From positions 46,007 through 110,006 of IMG/VR virus record IMGVR_UViG_3300028886_000029: a stretch of DNA of 64,000 nucleotides. One strand, 5' to 3'. This stretch comes from a virus. Taxonomy: Duplodnaviria > Heunggongvirae > Uroviricota > Caudoviricetes. Made by a program: the position numbers and the translations under genes. The notes beneath the pieces were generated by a model. The model was not told the origin of the DNA. It did no database searches and saw nothing but the letters and a program-made list of their open reading frames with translations. Shown in pieces: positions 62,081 through 64,000 of this stretch; within the stretch, counting starts at the first letter, position 1; each line of letters opens with the position of its first letter.

Positions 62081-64000
62081 TTAGAATGTACCGCAGTCAA
62101 CAACAAGGTTGGTGAAATCATAAGTAACACCACTATTATCGTCAGCAGCAGCAGTTTTAGTAACATGCCAGTCATTTACACCCTCTCTTGTGTTATCAAC
62201 CAACTCATGTACTAAATTTTGTTTGGCATCCCAAGAGTCAACCAACGCACTATTTGAAGAAGTTGCAGTAACAACACTGCCTGTTACAGCACTAATACCA
62301 ATAGTGGTACCGGTATCAGCGGAAATAACTTCTGTGTTAATATACTTATCATCAGTTGCACTTAATGTTAATGCGCTCTTAGCCTCATCAATTGCTTTCT
62401 TGATATCACTTATAGACTTAGCTACGGTATTACCGGTGCTAAATGTAACATCATAAGTAGTTGCAGTAGTACCATCATCATAAGAACCTATAATACTATC
62501 AAGTGTCTGAATATCTTCTTTAACAGATTTATTATCACCAGTTCCAAGATAATTACCTGTTGCATCATAAGACCTACTACCCTCATTACCGGTAATACCG
62601 ACTAAATTCGCAATTTCAGTCTCAGCAGCCTTTGCTCTTTCGATTTCAGCAGTTAAAGCACTTGCACTTGCAATGTCAGTACCTGTAAGAGTAACTGAAG
62701 TAAGTTTACCATCAGTCTCAACGATTTCGATAGCAACGTGGTCATCAGCTGTTTTACCGGTAACGGTTGCATCAAGGTTAAGAACAGTACCACTTAAGTT
62801 AGCAAGTTCCTTAGCACTTGCAACATCATATAAGCCAAACTCATAGACAGTGTGACCATCAGCAGCAGTACTTGCACTGATACCCATATGTGTCTTGGTT
62901 GCATCACCACCAACAGTTGTGTTGATTTCAGTCTTACCAGAAGCCTTAGCAGCATCAATAGCAGCCTGAACACCACTTAATTTGAAACCACCACCATCAA
63001 CAGTTAAGAACTTTTCAGAAGTTGGGTCAACAACACCACGAGCAACATGGTTTTCAACTGTTACACCACTTCCAAATTCAGTTTCAAGGATAAGTTCAGA
63101 CATGTCAATGTCAGTTGTCTGTGTAGCACCTGAAGCATCAATGTACTTATATTCAAGTGTTTGTGAACTTTGTACAAAATCAATACTTACAATATGACTG
63201 TCCTTAGGAACATCAATGTATTCACCAAGTTTAGTACCATCAGTTGCAGTAAGTTGGTATCTTTCCTTAACATATTCAGGAACACCTGTGGTTATCTTAT
63301 CAAGTTTAATGTCAGTATATAAACCAGCATTACCATCTTTTGCAAGGACTTTTTCACCTGACTTGATATTAACAGCAATATCAGTACCTGTATCAGCAGT
63401 TGTTACAGTGATTGAACCATCAGCACTTGCAACACTTGTTGCGGTCTTTGCTGATAAAATTTCTTTCTCAATCTTATCAATAGCCTGACCAACAGTATCA
63501 TTTGCTGTAACTGTACCTGTTGTACCTGTATAACCGTTAAGTTTGATAGTGGTTAAGAGTTCTTTGTTCTCAGAAACTTTACCATCAGCTTCAGTAACAT
63601 AAGTAACAACCTTACCATCCTCAGTTGTACCGGTCTTATCCATAGCATCAATCTGAGCCTGTAAGTTACCAAGAGCAGCATTAAGAGTTTGCTCAGCAGC
63701 AATCTTAGTATCAGTACCACCTGTATAACCTGCAAGCGTAAATTCACCAACATGTTTTGTGGTTGCAGTACCAATTAAACCCTCATGTTGTTTAAGGTCA
63801 ACAAGAACTTTGTCAGTACTATCAGTTACGCCTGTAACTTCAAGTTCATCAACAATACTATCATCAATTGTTTTGATTGCTTCATCAAGGTCTTTGATAG
63901 CATCAATCACATTTGTTGATGCAGAAACGTAACTTGTGCCACTAACCCAATTAACAGGAAGTTTACCTTTGTCATCTCCTTCTGTTTGTAAACCAACAGC
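62081..64000 (-). CDS. Tail-fibre-like fibrous protein, 5' end off-window (track start at 63910 is a GTG inside an open frame that continues to the window edge)
   Basis: Gly/Thr/Asp/Ala-rich fibrous sequence with repeated VTGxTDxxxVLVDL / GTxTxK units. The frame stays open from 63911 to 64000 (AVGLQTEGDDKGKLPVNWVSGTSYVSASTNV-IDAIKDL...). Confidence 0.6.
   Translation of the reverse strand, partial: AVGLQTEGDDKGKLPVNWVSGTSYVSASTNVIDAIKDLDEAIKTIDDSIVDELEVTGVTDSTDKVLVDLKQHEGLIGTATTKHVGEFTLAGYTGGTDTKIAAEQTLNAALGNLQAQIDAMDKTGTTEDGKVVTYVTEADGKVSENKELLTTIKLNGYTGTTGTVTANDTVGQAIDKIEKEILSAKTATSVASADGSITVTTADTGTDIAVNIKSGEKVLAKDGNAGLYTDIKLDKITTGVPEYVKERYQLTATDGTKLGEYIDVPKDSHIVSIDFVQSSQTLEYKYIDASGATQTTDIDMSELILETEFGSGVTVENHVARGVVDPTSEKFLTVDGGGFKLSGVQAAIDAAKASGKTEINTTVGGDATKTHMGISASTAADGHTVYEFGLYDVASAKELANLSGTVLNLDATVTGKTADDHVAIEIVETDGKLTSVTLTGTDIASASALTAEIERAKAAETEIANLVGITGNEGSRSYDATGNYLGTGDNKSVKEDIQTLDSIIGSYDDGTTATTYDVTFSTGNTVAKSISDIKKAIDEAKSALTLSATDDKYINTEVISADTGTTIGISAVTGSVVTATSSNSALVDSWDAKQNLVHELVDNTREGVNDWHVTKTAAADDNSGVTYDFTNLVVDCGTF

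Noticed and set aside
1-64000. tRNA/tmRNA genes, which would be relevant to the TAG observation
   Set aside because: All larger intergenic regions were scanned by eye (1593-1836, 5894-6247, 25275-25484, 29563-30114, 38848-38970, 40132-40398, 49656-49806, 57682-57893, 61918-62080). No cloverleaf-compatible sequence with a GTTC-type T-arm was seen. I cannot exclude one without tRNAscan-SE.

Overview
The window is AT-rich (roughly 30-35% GC), densely coded, and looks like part of a tailed dsDNA phage or prophage infecting Bacteroidales. Evidence for the host: a giant BACON-repeat protein, Bacteroides-type TAnnTTTG -7 promoter elements directly upstream of many genes, and host-like 'moron' genes (OmpA-like porin, SPFH lipoprotein). 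Recognisable modules:

- **Tail/structural, mostly minus strand.** A 2035-aa fibre with a C-terminal GH2 glycosidase domain, a 1578-aa BACON-repeat protein, a tail-fibre-like protein running off the 3' edge, and three further paralogous fibre genes built from a BspA/DUF285-like leucine-rich repeat.
- **Lysis.** An Amidase_3 endolysin, plus a 3' fragment of a second amidase copy.
- **Replication and nucleotide metabolism.** SF1 helicase, AAA+ ATPase, HAD deoxyribonucleotidase, PD-(D/E)xK nucleases.
- **RNA repair (dispersed).** Two calcineurin-like phosphoesterases, an HD phosphohydrolase fused to a P-loop polynucleotide-kinase-like domain, an RlaP-like nucleotidyltransferase, and a distant Rnl2-family RNA ligase.
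- **DNA-conflict genes.** A DUF262-HNH (GmrSD-like) nuclease beside an N6-adenine methyltransferase, plus a PncA-like nicotinamidase.
- **Transcription.** A sigma-70-family factor.

The most striking locus is at 38.85-40.40 kb. A compact TnpB/Cas12f-like RuvC nuclease (386 aa, catalytic D/E/D and zinc finger intact) lies beside a mini CRISPR-like array: two perfect 33-bp repeats and one degenerate copy, separated by two unique 32-bp spacers. A GC hairpin with an anti-repeat-like stretch complementary to the repeat sits at the nuclease gene's 3' end.

Other notable signals:
- Six copies of a sigma-54-like promoter motif (TTGGCAYG-N4-TTGTA), each 30-50 nt upstream of a minus-strand gene.
- An in-frame TAG exactly at a conserved Glu codon, splitting a tandemly duplicated fibre gene.
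- A ~20-aa peptide motif at the N-terminus of several otherwise unrelated proteins.
- Several tandem and segmental duplications.

No tRNA or rRNA was found by eye. Coordinates of short motifs are approximate to within a few nt.
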